The position numbers and the translations under genes were made by a program. A DNA stretch of 62,122 nt from an uncultured Gammaproteobacteria bacterium (GTDB lineage Bacteria; Patescibacteriota; Microgenomatia; Levybacterales; UBA12049), in assembly GCA_964391315.1 (NCBI GenBank), contig CAYMJR010000007.1:1-62122 (forward strand), read 5' to 3'. The notes under the pieces are model-generated. The model was not told the DNA's origin. It did no database searches and was given only the letters and a program-made list of their open reading frames with translations. How positions within the stretch are numbered: the stretch's first letter is position 1; each line of letters opens with the position of its first letter. Positions 27,762-37,377 of the stretch are shown piece after piece.

Positions 27762-28310
27762 ATGAACGAAAAAATAACTGTACAACAACATAAACGGTTG
27801 TCCCTTTTTTTTGGCATTCTTTTAATACTACTCGGTCTTTTTACTAGTAATGCACGAATCTTTCTCTCAGCAATAACAATTTATATTTTTGGTTGGGTGC
27901 TTCTCATAGGTGGAGGTGCACAATGTTTTGCATCATTTTATGGAGGGAGATGGAAAAATTTTTTTGTTATGCTTATCACTGGTCTCATAAGTTTTATTAT
28001 CGGAGGAGCAATTGTTGTAAATCCACATCTTAGTAGCCAAACGATTGCAATTTTGGTTAGTATTGTTTTTATTGTCCAAGGACTTTTACAAATCGTAGAA
28101 TCTATATCGTCACGAACAAAACAGTGGATGTGGGATTTTATAACTGGAATTATTTTTTTTGTTCTAGGAATTGTTCTCTGGTTTGCAAGCTCTCTCGGAA
28201 ATATTGGGATGATCGGCTTTGTTATAGGGATTGCGCTTGTTATTAGCGGGTTTCTCACAATCATCAATGCATACACCTATCATACGACAATTTCTAAACG
28301 ACTGGCATGA
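27762..28310 (+). CDS. HdeD/DUF308-family membrane protein
   Basis: Six TM segments with the same G.vLliGG..q pattern as 23948..24595. Confidence 0.65.
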   Translation: MNEKITVQQHKRLSLFFGILLILLGLFTSNARIFLSAITIYIFGWVLLIGGGAQCFASFYGGRWKNFFVMLITGLISFIIGGAIVVNPHLSSQTIAILVSIVFIVQGLLQIVESISSRTKQWMWDFITGIIFFVLGIVLWFASSLGNIGMIGFVIGIALVISGFLTIINAYTYHTTISKRLA

Positions 28311-29485
28311 AACGACAAAACCCACTCATTCAATTTATTTCTTTAGTATGTATTATTCTTGGTTCGTTAACGCTTAGTCTCTTATATATTACTTCATGGG
28401 CGAATAAACTGATTTATGACACCAATTATTATCTTTCGATTGTTACACCACTTCCACAAAACTCAGATGTTGCAAAAGCACTAAGTACCTATACCGTCGA
28501 CACACTGATCTCAAACACAAATATCCAGCAAAAAGTGACAAATGCACTTCCTGACAATGAAAAATTTTTATCTTCTTCGCTTTCTGATAATCTTATAAAC
28601 AAAAGTTATCAATTAACCACTAACATTATTCAAACTGATCAATTTCAATCTGTGTGGGTTGCTGCAAATACTCTCTTTCATAGAAGAGTCCTTGCAGTTG
28701 TTCGAGGTGGGGGAATCGTATCAGAATTTAATAATAAACAATTTTTACAAGGAACCTCTTTCGAATTTGATGGTAGTCAGCTGATACAAACGATTAAAAA
28801 CAATTTAGGTTCTGAAAGCGAATTAATAAATAACCAACAGGTACAGCAAGCTAAATCTCTTACCCTTCCTATTTTTACAAAACTTATAAAAATCCGACAA
28901 ATTGTGTATTGGATTTCACAATTGGCAGCGATGCTTTTACCTCTTTCTCTCGCTCTTATTCTCTATGGAATAGCTACCTCTTTTTCAAGACAAAAAGGAT
29001 TTCTTGTAACGGGAATATTTATTGCAAGTGCAATGCTTCTCACTTTGGTAACGTTACAAATTATCAAAACAGATGCATTAAATCATATTACGCAGCCTGT
29101 TTATTATTCTGCTGCAGATGTCGTCTGGAACAGCTTTTTTGCAGGACTAAAGCAATCACTACGACTAACACTTTTGGGAGGACTGCTTCTTATTTTTCTT
29201 GCTTTGGTTTTTGGTCCGAATGAATGGGCGACAAATTTCCGTAAAGCTGTGGGTTTCACACAAATGCAGCGACGTGGATTTATGACCAGCTTCATGAAAT
29301 TTCGTGTATCATTTGCACACTTTGCAATTTGGCTCTATCTTTTAGGTATTATTGTTGCTGCGACAATACTTCTCACAACTACAAATATTTCCATAGCAAA
29401 TGTTGTAATTATCCTTTCAGTATTACTTTTATATTTTTCCCTCCTTTTATTTCTCTTTCCACGTAATAAAGCAATTACAAAATAA
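28307..29485 (+). CDS. Hypothetical polytopic membrane protein
   Basis: 392-aa ORF overlapping the preceding stop by 4 nt. N-terminal TM, large loop, C-terminal TM bundle. Confidence 0.45.
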   Translation: MKRQNPLIQFISLVCIILGSLTLSLLYITSWANKLIYDTNYYLSIVTPLPQNSDVAKALSTYTVDTLISNTNIQQKVTNALPDNEKFLSSSLSDNLINKSYQLTTNIIQTDQFQSVWVAANTLFHRRVLAVVRGGGIVSEFNNKQFLQGTSFEFDGSQLIQTIKNNLGSESELINNQQVQQAKSLTLPIFTKLIKIRQIVYWISQLAAMLLPLSLALILYGIATSFSRQKGFLVTGIFIASAMLLTLVTLQIIKTDALNHITQPVYYSAADVVWNSFFAGLKQSLRLTLLGGLLLIFLALVFGPNEWATNFRKAVGFTQMQRRGFMTSFMKFRVSFAHFAIWLYLLGIIVAATILLTTTNISIANVVIILSVLLLYFSLLLFLFPRNKAITK

Positions 29486-29503
29486 TATTGGTATAATAGT
29501 AGT

Positions 29504-29956
29504 ATGAAACAGATACGGTTTACTAAAGAAGGGTTTGAGAAAATACAACAGGAATATGATGAATTACTCAAACAACGACCTGCTGTGGTTGAAGATTTGA
29601 AAAAAGCCCGTGAAATGGGTGATCTCAAAGAAAACGGTTACTATCAAGCATCAAGACAAAAACTGTCCTCTATTGACGGTCGATTATTCCGTTTGAAAAT
29701 GGATATGAAATATGCAGTTATTATTGAGCAGAATGCAGCTAACGGTGTTTCAATAGGAAACACTATTACTCTAACAAATGATGAAAATGAAAGAATTTTT
29801 ACAATAGTTGGTGATTTTGAAGCAAATCCATCAGAAGGGAAAATTTCCTTGTTGTCACCTCTTGGTCGCGCTGTTGATGGAAAAAAAGTTGGGGATGAGG
29901 CAAATATTGAAACTCCAAGAGGAAAAATCACCTATAAAATTACCGCAATTAAATAA
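29504..29956 (+). CDS. greA: Transcription elongation factor GreA
   Basis: Coiled-coil N-domain with GDLKENGYYQASRQKL. C-terminal FKBP-like domain. TGgTATAAT at 29489-29497, 6 nt before the ATG. Confidence 0.9.
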   Translation: MKQIRFTKEGFEKIQQEYDELLKQRPAVVEDLKKAREMGDLKENGYYQASRQKLSSIDGRLFRLKMDMKYAVIIEQNAANGVSIGNTITLTNDENERIFTIVGDFEANPSEGKISLLSPLGRAVDGKKVGDEANIETPRGKITYKITAIK

Positions 29957-30191
29957 ATAGCTTTGCTTTTTCCTGCCTTGTTAACCTTTTCAATGCTGCT
30001 TCGCGTCTTCGTGCTTCAGAAAAATCCGAAACTGTTTCGAAATATTTTAAACTAACTGGTCTACGGATCTTGGTGTAATGAGCACCGTTTTTGGAAAAAT
30101 TATGCTCATGAAGTCGCTTTTCAAGATTGTTTGTTGAGCCGGTGTAATACGTCCCATCTGCGCACTCAAGAATATAGACAAAAAACGCCAT
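29949..30191 (-). CDS. GIY-YIG nuclease domain protein (stand-alone URI domain)
   Basis: FFVYILECADGTYYTGSTNNLEKRLHEHN matches the GIY-(x10)-YIG pattern with downstream R and E. Confidence 0.85.
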   Translation of the reverse strand: MAFFVYILECADGTYYTGSTNNLEKRLHEHNFSKNGAHYTKIRRPVSLKYFETVSDFSEARRREAALKRLTRQEKAKLFI

Positions 30192-30193
30192 AA

Positions 30194-30601
30194 CTACGAT
30201 AACTTTTTAATAAACTCTTCAATTGAAGAAAAAAATTCATTAAAGATGAGATACAAACTCTCTGCTTCTTTCTGTTCGCCAATAATAATACATTTTTTAC
30301 CCATACCATACGCTGCTCCTGATTCAATATGGGCAGATTTACCAGCTGGTAATAAAAGGATAAGTGTTTCTGAATTTCTTAAAGCAGTCATGTCTTTTTC
30401 AAACATCTCGCGAACTGATGGAGCATTTCTCCAATCAGGAGTGCTTTCAAATTGCTGCATATATTCTTCAGCTGTCTGATGATCATCATAATCATCAACA
30501 AAACAATAAACTGTTTTCCCTTTTTCTCGAAGAAGATGAGTTAATTCCAAAACAGTATGCTTATTCCGAAAACGTGAGGCAATAAAATAGTCGTACTTCA
30601 T
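30194..30601 (-). CDS. Nucleoside 2-deoxyribosyltransferase-like / TIR-like flavodoxin-fold protein
   Basis: YDYFIASRFRN start and SAHIESGAAYGMGKKCIIIG resemble the NDT-like superfamily. Assignment by eye only. Confidence 0.45.
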   Translation of the reverse strand: MKYDYFIASRFRNKHTVLELTHLLREKGKTVYCFVDDYDDHQTAEEYMQQFESTPDWRNAPSVREMFEKDMTALRNSETLILLLPAGKSAHIESGAAYGMGKKCIIIGEQKEAESLYLIFNEFFSSIEEFIKKLS

Positions 30602-30749
30602 AGATTCTTCTCACAAGTTCTTACAGAAAACTTATTTTATAAGTATACACTAAACAACTCTCTTTGTGATAATGATCATTGCACTCACAAAAAAAAATTG
30701 TATGGTAAGGGATCGAAAAAAGATCAAGAGCAAGGAGGTGAAAAAAATT

Positions 30750-31076
30750 ATGTATTGGGTCACAGGAATTTTAGGGTTAGCGTTTGCGCTAGCACCATTT
30801 GTTTTAGGTTATAGCAATAATGCAACAGCATTATGGACAAGTGTTTTGATCGGTGCAGCAACTATTGTTGTTTCATGGATAGAAGGGGCACAGGCAGACC
30901 GTCAGCAATGGGAATACTGGACAGCTGCAGTACTAGGTGTTATCGCCGTCATTGCACCTTTCGTATTTGGATTTGGTGCACAGGTAGTAGCAACTTGGAC
31001 CAGTGTCATTCTAGGAGGATTAATCGCTCTCTTTGCCGGCTCAAAACTTACGTCCGGACAATGGAGAAGAACATAA
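30750..31076 (+). CDS. SPW-repeat membrane protein
   Basis: Two repeats of the type LAPFVLGYS...WTS and IAPFVFGFG...WTS. Strong SD AGGAGGTGA (30733-30741) before ATG 30750. Confidence 0.6.
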   Translation: MYWVTGILGLAFALAPFVLGYSNNATALWTSVLIGAATIVVSWIEGAQADRQQWEYWTAAVLGVIAVIAPFVFGFGAQVVATWTSVILGGLIALFAGSKLTSGQWRRT

Positions 31077-31090
31077 AGTAGGAACTAACT

Positions 31091-31738
31091 ATGGTTTTTA
31101 CAAACAGAAATCAAGCGGGCATGTTACTTGCAGAAAAACTTTCCCAATATAAAGGGAAAAATACGATAATTTATGCGATTCCACGCGGGGGAGTAGCTGT
31201 GGGTGACGAGATAGCAAAATATCTCAATGTACCGCTTGATTTTATTTTGGCTCGAAAAATCGGTCACCCATTCGAATCTGAATATGCAATAGCCGCAATC
31301 TCGGAGAATGGCCATATACTTGGTGATAAAAGAGCTTTAGAATCAATAGAAAATAACTGGTTACAGAATACTATTCAAACACAAAGGGAAGAAATAAAGC
31401 GAAGGCGGAACATGTATCTTATTGGGAGAGATCAACTATCACCTGAGAAAAAAATTGCAATTCTTGTTGATGATGGCATCGCAACGGGATATACCTTTCG
31501 AGTTGCAATTCAAGAAATCAAAAGTAAACACCCTGAAAAAATTATTGCAGCTGTTCCTGTAGTCTCCAAAGGGATGGCAGATATCATACAATCCGAAGTA
31601 GATGAATTGGTTACATTAACGATTCCTTCTGACGAAGAATTTCTGGGCGCTATTGGTTCTTATTATGAACATTTCCCAGCAGTTGAAGATCAAGAAGTTC
31701 TTACTATTTTAGGTAACTACAAAAATCCAAAACTATGA
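31091..31738 (+). CDS. Phosphoribosyltransferase family protein (COG1926-like)
   Basis: IIYAIPRGGVAVG and the PRPP-binding loop ILVDDGIATGYT. Confidence 0.8.
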   Translation: MVFTNRNQAGMLLAEKLSQYKGKNTIIYAIPRGGVAVGDEIAKYLNVPLDFILARKIGHPFESEYAIAAISENGHILGDKRALESIENNWLQNTIQTQREEIKRRRNMYLIGRDQLSPEKKIAILVDDGIATGYTFRVAIQEIKSKHPEKIIAAVPVVSKGMADIIQSEVDELVTLTIPSDEEFLGAIGSYYEHFPAVEDQEVLTILGNYKNPKL

Positions 31739-32148
31739 AAAAAAATATTTCTGCAAAAGATTTGGAAATTGATTTGTCATGTCAAAAAGAAGAAGAACTT
31801 TTTAAATGGTTTCTTGCCTGTCTTCTTTTTGGCAAACCCATCCAGCAAGAAGTTGCAAAAAAAACGTATTTTGAATTTATCAAAACAGGAATTACATCAC
31901 CGGACAAAATACTCAAAACAGGGTGGGATGGGATCGTCAAAGTATTGGATCAGGGACATTATGTTCGATATGATTTTTCAACTGCTGACAAATTACTTTC
32001 TGTTGCTAAACAACTTAAGGAATCATACGGATCACTCTCTGAACTGATAAAACAGTCGAGAAACAAACAAGAACTAACAAAACATCTACAGGAATTTAAA
32101 GGAATTGGACCAGTAACAACAAGAATTTTTATTGAAGAGCTAAAGTAG
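31735..32148 (+). CDS. Hypothetical helix-hairpin-helix protein
   Basis: ATGA start/stop overlap with the PRTase. C-terminal FKGIGPVTTRIFIEEL looks like an HhH motif. Confidence 0.4.
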   Translation: MKKNISAKDLEIDLSCQKEEELFKWFLACLLFGKPIQQEVAKKTYFEFIKTGITSPDKILKTGWDGIVKVLDQGHYVRYDFSTADKLLSVAKQLKESYGSLSELIKQSRNKQELTKHLQEFKGIGPVTTRIFIEELK

Positions 32149-32164
32149 TTTTAAATTATATGTA

Positions 32165-33949
32165 CTAATATTCTATTGTTGGATAGGATCCATTCTTATA
32201 TGTTCCGAAAACAGTAATGTCAGGAAAAACTATAACACTTTTACCTTCTGAGGATTCAAAAGATAAGCTTTTTACACCTGAAACAGGTTTATCAAACAAA
32301 TAGTATAAATATTCGTAATCATTTGGAGAAAGCAATTTTGCCTCTCCAATTAACTCATCATTTGCTCCATAAGCAAAAAGTGTATAAGGAACTGTTTTAA
32401 ACTGCTTAGATTTGTTTCTTAAAACAACAGCTTGTATATTCCAATCTTTTGCTAATGATGTAAAACTTGCCAATAAAATATTTACTTCTTGTTTTGCAGG
32501 AGTAGGAGAATTTGCATCTTTTCTCGACAAAAGATAATTACAATTTTTATTGAGTAAAAATGGATAATTATTTACTGGTATACAATATTGCTTGTTTTGT
32601 AAAAGACGATAATATATTTCCCATTGCGAATACGAAGTACTTTTTTCCATATACATTTGCTCCGCTTGTAATTGTCCAAAGGCACCTGACGTAAAAACAA
32701 TAAGCAAAAGAAAAAAGATTTGATCACGTTTTTTTGGAAACATCTTTAGAAGAACAAATATACCTACAAAGAATATTAGTATATTAGATACAAACAAACC
32801 TCGTGCGTTTGCATGATGTTTTACATCGAAAATATTTTTTGTATTTTGAGAATTATCATAAACCTCATTCGTTGCTTTTGTCGTTGCTGTTACAACATTT
32901 GAAGTATGAGTGAGAGTAGTAGTAAGATTTTTAACCACAGGATTCGTTTGGCTATACAACAAAATTGTTAGAAAGAGCGAACAAACTGCAATAAAATTTC
33001 CTGCAAGAAATACATATAAGGTATATTTATCTTTTTTAGAGATAAGTGTCTTTATAGCAAAAGTAAAGAATATAATAAGTAAACCTATACTAAATATATT
33101 CACTGGTTCTTTTGTTACATATCCAAAAAAGACATGTCTATATGTTAACACCAAATAATAAACAGACTTAATAAGATAATATGGCAAGAGAAATAGTTTT
33201 GGAGCAGAATCACCTTTTGGAACATTGGATGAAATGATACTAAACTGTATAACGCCAGCGACTAAAGCTGTTGAAAAATAAATAAAAGAGTTGTAAAGCT
33301 TTTTTCTGAAATACCAAATGACCAGTAAAAAATAAATGGGAATAAATGAAACAAATTGCCCTTTTGACATAATAATAAGAGCGGTAAAAATACTAGCTAA
33401 AAATAGCAAAGGTTTTGATAATTTTTCTTTGTCAATAATAATTCCTAAGAAAAGAATAATTCCTCCATAATAAATAAAGTTCATGTATGCATTTAATTCA
33501 AAGTCAGAAATAAGCGCTATTGAAATTCCGACTATAAAACGGATGAACACTGATGGAGACAATTTTTTGAATATATCAAAATTAATTAGTGAGGAAGTAA
33601 CTGCAATAAAGAGCATAGCAATCCACTGTGAAACAAATGGATAAAAATAGATAATATGTAACCCCTTGACCAAAAATAAAGTAATAAATCGTTGTGTTAA
33701 TGGTAAATATCCAGCATCTGTAATAAAAAGATTTTTCGTGAAGCTATCTTGAAATGCGTGAAGAAAAAAATTAGATCCATTCTCACCAAACATTTCTGCA
33801 TGAATGGTAAGTATTGGAAATTGAATGCATTTGGCAATGAGAATAATGACAATTGAAAGGAAAAAGAAAAATAGTTGTGTGTACCTTGATGAATTTTCAA
33901 TTCTATTTTTTACTGTAATAAATGGTCTTATAAATCTATTATTTTTCAT
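32165..33949 (-). CDS. Large polytopic membrane protein, possible GT-C-type glycosyltransferase
   Basis: 594 aa with more than 10 TM segments plus a C-terminal soluble domain. Directly downstream of a polyprenol-phosphate-type GT2. Confidence 0.45.
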   Translation of the reverse strand: MKNNRFIRPFITVKNRIENSSRYTQLFFFFLSIVIILIAKCIQFPILTIHAEMFGENGSNFFLHAFQDSFTKNLFITDAGYLPLTQRFITLFLVKGLHIIYFYPFVSQWIAMLFIAVTSSLINFDIFKKLSPSVFIRFIVGISIALISDFELNAYMNFIYYGGIILFLGIIIDKEKLSKPLLFLASIFTALIIMSKGQFVSFIPIYFLLVIWYFRKKLYNSFIYFSTALVAGVIQFSIISSNVPKGDSAPKLFLLPYYLIKSVYYLVLTYRHVFFGYVTKEPVNIFSIGLLIIFFTFAIKTLISKKDKYTLYVFLAGNFIAVCSLFLTILLYSQTNPVVKNLTTTLTHTSNVVTATTKATNEVYDNSQNTKNIFDVKHHANARGLFVSNILIFFVGIFVLLKMFPKKRDQIFFLLLIVFTSGAFGQLQAEQMYMEKSTSYSQWEIYYRLLQNKQYCIPVNNYPFLLNKNCNYLLSRKDANSPTPAKQEVNILLASFTSLAKDWNIQAVVLRNKSKQFKTVPYTLFAYGANDELIGEAKLLSPNDYEYLYYLFDKPVSGVKSLSFESSEGKSVIVFPDITVFGTYKNGSYPTIEY

Positions 33950-33952
33950 TGA

Positions 33953-34672
33953 TTAAATAGTATTTGACAATAAAAACATATACTGAACAGTTCTTTTAAT
34001 CATAGCGAATCTTGAGCGAAAAGAATATGCCCATTTTGATTTACCGAATTTTCGTGTATGAAACTGGACAGTAAATGAACGAATTTGATAATGATATTTT
34101 TTTGCGATAAACAATAGATATAAATCAAGTAGAAAATCATTTGGCGCATGAGATAAATATTTTACAAATGATCTATGAAATAATTTTGGCTGGGCATTGA
34201 CTTCATAAAATGGTGCTCTTAAAACAATTGTTGCAAGGACTCCCATACATGAACTTACAAACGTGTCGATGGGATGACGTCCTACACGATTACCTTTGAC
34301 AATTACTTTTTGATTGTTTCCTTTTTTATATATATTGTATGCTTTAAAAACATCTTCCGGGGGAGTCTGCATATCAGCATGCGTCCACGCAATAATATCT
34401 CCTGACGCTTTTCTAACTCCCGTCATAATCCCATGTCCGTATCCAACATTTTTTTTGACGGTAGCAATTTTTATAAATTGAAAACCGGACTTTTTTGTAA
34501 ATGAGGAAAATATTTTTTCAGATCCATCCGTTGATCCATTATTCACACAAATAAGTTCAAAATTATATTTATTTTTGAAACTTTTATATTTATTCAAAAG
34601 AAAGGGGATACTCTTTTTTTCATTATAAAAGGGGAGAACTATGGAAAGAGGAAGTCGCAAAGATTTGCTCAT
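33953..34672 (-). CDS. Family 2 glycosyltransferase, polyprenol-phosphate sugar synthase type (DPM1/ArnC/GtrB-like)
   Basis: LSIVLPFYNE, NNGSTDGS, GYGHGIMTG, HADMQTPPED, NAQPKLF, GKSKW. Confidence 0.8.
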   Translation of the reverse strand: MSKSLRLPLSIVLPFYNEKKSIPFLLNKYKSFKNKYNFELICVNNGSTDGSEKIFSSFTKKSGFQFIKIATVKKNVGYGHGIMTGVRKASGDIIAWTHADMQTPPEDVFKAYNIYKKGNNQKVIVKGNRVGRHPIDTFVSSCMGVLATIVLRAPFYEVNAQPKLFHRSFVKYLSHAPNDFLLDLYLLFIAKKYHYQIRSFTVQFHTRKFGKSKWAYSFRSRFAMIKRTVQYMFLLSNTI

Positions 34673-34674
34673 GA

Positions 34675-35442
34675 CTATTTTTTTACTTTCTTAAAGTAAG
34701 AACTCCAATACTCATATGTCTTTAAATCTGCAGGAGTTCCCCAACCAATATATGTATCGATTTCAAAAACTTTGACGTGCAGTTTGTTTTCAACCAAAAC
34801 ATTCATCAATTCATCATTATAAAACTCATTATTGATTCTTCTGTTTGCGGCAACCATCTTTTTTGCATAATCAAAAAAGTACTTTGCTTTTTTAAAGCTA
34901 AATGATCCGACAACTGCATGATCTCTAATTGGATTGTCGCTAATTGGTATTTTTACTGACACTTTCTTAACAAAATTATTTTTATCAACGGCAACCCATC
35001 CCCAATGTTCAGGATTTCTAGTGACATTTGGATTATTCCGGAATGTCCAAATGATTGCGTCTGTTTTTTTATCATTTATCACTTTATCATATGCTTTTTG
35101 TTGATATGCCATCCCGTTATCACATGCACCGATTGCAAGTTCTGCTTCAGGGTCGATATATGGTTCTGCAAGAAGACAGGTACTTGCCTGACCCTCGGTA
35201 ACTTTATCAAGCGGCACAATAGTTGCTTTGGGATAATATTTTTTAATTGTTTTATCAATTTTGTATTTTGTAATATGATCCTTTAAACAAATAAAGACAT
35301 ATTTGTCAGCTTTTGGTAAAGACTTCGCTGCAGCGATCACCATCGGGATGCCATCAACAGGAATGACAGGTTTGGGAAGTTTGTATCCTTCATCGGCAAA
35401 TCGTTTGCCTCGTCCTGCTAGAGGAATTAAATTAACTCTCAT
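34675..35442 (-). CDS. Sugar-/alcohol-phosphate nucleotidyltransferase-like protein (copy 2)
   Basis: LIPLAGRGKRF (GxGxR signature), KPVIPVDG, C-terminal GWGTPADLKTYEYW. Paralog of the adjacent gene. Confidence 0.65.
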   Translation of the reverse strand: MRVNLIPLAGRGKRFADEGYKLPKPVIPVDGIPMVIAAAKSLPKADKYVFICLKDHITKYKIDKTIKKYYPKATIVPLDKVTEGQASTCLLAEPYIDPEAELAIGACDNGMAYQQKAYDKVINDKKTDAIIWTFRNNPNVTRNPEHWGWVAVDKNNFVKKVSVKIPISDNPIRDHAVVGSFSFKKAKYFFDYAKKMVAANRRINNEFYNDELMNVLVENKLHVKVFEIDTYIGWGTPADLKTYEYWSSYFKKVKK

Positions 35443-35487
35443 AAAGTTAGTGACTATTATTTATCACTAGGTCAAAAAATGCAAGAG

Positions 35488-36249
35488 TTATTTTTGTGAA
35501 AGAAAATATTTTGACCAATAAAGATATGCTTCCAGATCTTTTGGCGTTCCCCATTGGCAAAAGTATTCAGCAGGAAAAACAATTGAATGTAATTTATCTT
35601 TTTTCATCAGATTGTATGCCCAAGGAATGAAATATTCACCATTGGTGAGTAACTTTTTATCTTTAGCCATTTGTAAATATTTTTTGGCAAGTGCACCATT
35701 TCTAAAATAATACATTCCTGATGATTGCCAAGTATCCATTTTATTGGGAGTATAGGAAAACTTTTCTTTTGTTTCGATAAATACATTATCCTTATCTGTT
35801 TTGACACCTGCATAAAAATCAGGACCAAGCAGATGAGGATGAAATCCTTTATAACAAATAATTGCGCCATCAACTTTTTCTTTGGTTACTTTTTTTTTAA
35901 ATTTTCTGTAATCCCACAATTGAAAAAAGTCACAATGATTAATAATAATTGGCTCATTGTCTTTTATATATTCTTTTCCCCGCAGAACTGTTTCAATCGG
36001 ACCCAGTTTATGACCATCAATCGGAACAATTACTGCATTTGGTTGTAACTTTTTCAAAACTCTCCTAAGAGGAGTTGTTGAGAGATGTTCTTTATTACAG
36101 ATAAAAACAAAATCATTCTCTCCGGGAAATAAATTGACAACGTATTCAATAATTGGTTTTCCGTCAACTTTAATCAGGGGCTTGATATCTTTATAGCCGG
36201 CATCGACAAATCGTTTACCTGTTCCTGCCATTGGAATTACAATTTGCAT
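35488..36249 (-). CDS. Sugar-/alcohol-phosphate nucleotidyltransferase-like protein (copy 1)
   Basis: VIPMAGTGKRF, KPLIKVDGKPIIEY, C-terminal QWGTPKDLEAYLYW. Confidence 0.65.
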   Translation of the reverse strand: MQIVIPMAGTGKRFVDAGYKDIKPLIKVDGKPIIEYVVNLFPGENDFVFICNKEHLSTTPLRRVLKKLQPNAVIVPIDGHKLGPIETVLRGKEYIKDNEPIIINHCDFFQLWDYRKFKKKVTKEKVDGAIICYKGFHPHLLGPDFYAGVKTDKDNVFIETKEKFSYTPNKMDTWQSSGMYYFRNGALAKKYLQMAKDKKLLTNGEYFIPWAYNLMKKDKLHSIVFPAEYFCQWGTPKDLEAYLYWSKYFLSQK

Positions 36250-36282
36250 ATGGATAACTATAGCATACGAAAGTCATCTACA

Positions 36283-37335
36283 CTATGATTTTTTTGGAGA
36301 AATTATAAGATCAATATTATGCCGATATTTATACTCTCTCATTGCATGTAGTAATGCAGCATGGGCTTGTACTCCTTTTTCTCCAATTGATGCAATAACA
36401 CCACGACGATGCCAAAGATCTTCTCGATCGTATCCACCTAATTGTTTGCCATCACAGTTAGTAAGGGTTCCTCCTAATTTTTCAATCATTGGATCAAATG
36501 GTCCAGTATCCCAAGATTTCCAGTCTCCAACTCGTGCAACAACAAGATCTAATTCTCCAAGGACAAGTTTACTCAGTGAATCACCAGCTCCACCACCTCG
36601 TACCTGTTCAAATCTATATCCTGTAATTTTAGTGGCAAAATCCCAAAAATCCTCAGGAACATCAGGAACCTTAGGAAAATGAGTTTGAGGATATTCTGTT
36701 CGTATGTTAACACGAACTACATCAGGATCATCTGAAGATACATCTCTTCTTGTTGCTTCTCGTGATTCGGTTGTTATCTCTTTTGAAGTATTCTTTTCTG
36801 TAAGCTGTATTTGTCCATCTTTATAAGTAAGTACCTGATTATATGCCGGACGTACAACAATGCCAGCTTCTACGATACCATTTCTAACAAAAGTATTAAG
36901 AATACTGAATCCCATACCTTCAGGTGTACCTGGTTCACCTTTATCGCGATCTCCAGTACCATCAACAGGATCAATCATCCATTTACCCATTCTAATTGCC
37001 CATTTTCTAAGTCTTGCAAATTTTTCTTTAGGTGGAAAAATATGATTCTTATCTTTCGGATCATGTTCCTCAGAAAATGAACCAGGATATTTCTGCTTTG
37101 CAAGCTTAAGCAGGGCTCCACTTATTTTAATATCTGTTTCTTTAACAATTTTTCCAGGGTCTCCTGCTCCTGAAATAGTTGGATCATCAGCTACCTGAAG
37201 ATCGCTAAGCATTTGCCCTTGCTTAACCATTTCATCTTTCATATCAATAAAATCCTGCTCTGGTAAAGGACGTTCTTTGATATATTGTCTAAGCTTTTCT
37301 CGCAAAGTTGGTCTTGATCTAGATTCTGGTCTCAT
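36283..37335 (-). CDS. Inositol monophosphatase/FBPase-superfamily phosphatase with atypical N-terminal extension
   Basis: WMIDPVDGTGD (DPxDGT metal site) and KSWDTGPFDPMIEKLGG (WD..a motif). Confidence 0.55.
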   Translation of the reverse strand: MRPESRSRPTLREKLRQYIKERPLPEQDFIDMKDEMVKQGQMLSDLQVADDPTISGAGDPGKIVKETDIKISGALLKLAKQKYPGSFSEEHDPKDKNHIFPPKEKFARLRKWAIRMGKWMIDPVDGTGDRDKGEPGTPEGMGFSILNTFVRNGIVEAGIVVRPAYNQVLTYKDGQIQLTEKNTSKEITTESREATRRDVSSDDPDVVRVNIRTEYPQTHFPKVPDVPEDFWDFATKITGYRFEQVRGGGAGDSLSKLVLGELDLVVARVGDWKSWDTGPFDPMIEKLGGTLTNCDGKQLGGYDREDLWHRRGVIASIGEKGVQAHAALLHAMREYKYRHNIDLIISPKKS

Positions 37336-37377
37336 GCTGGAGATTATATAGTTTAAATAGGAGGTTGTAAATAAAAT

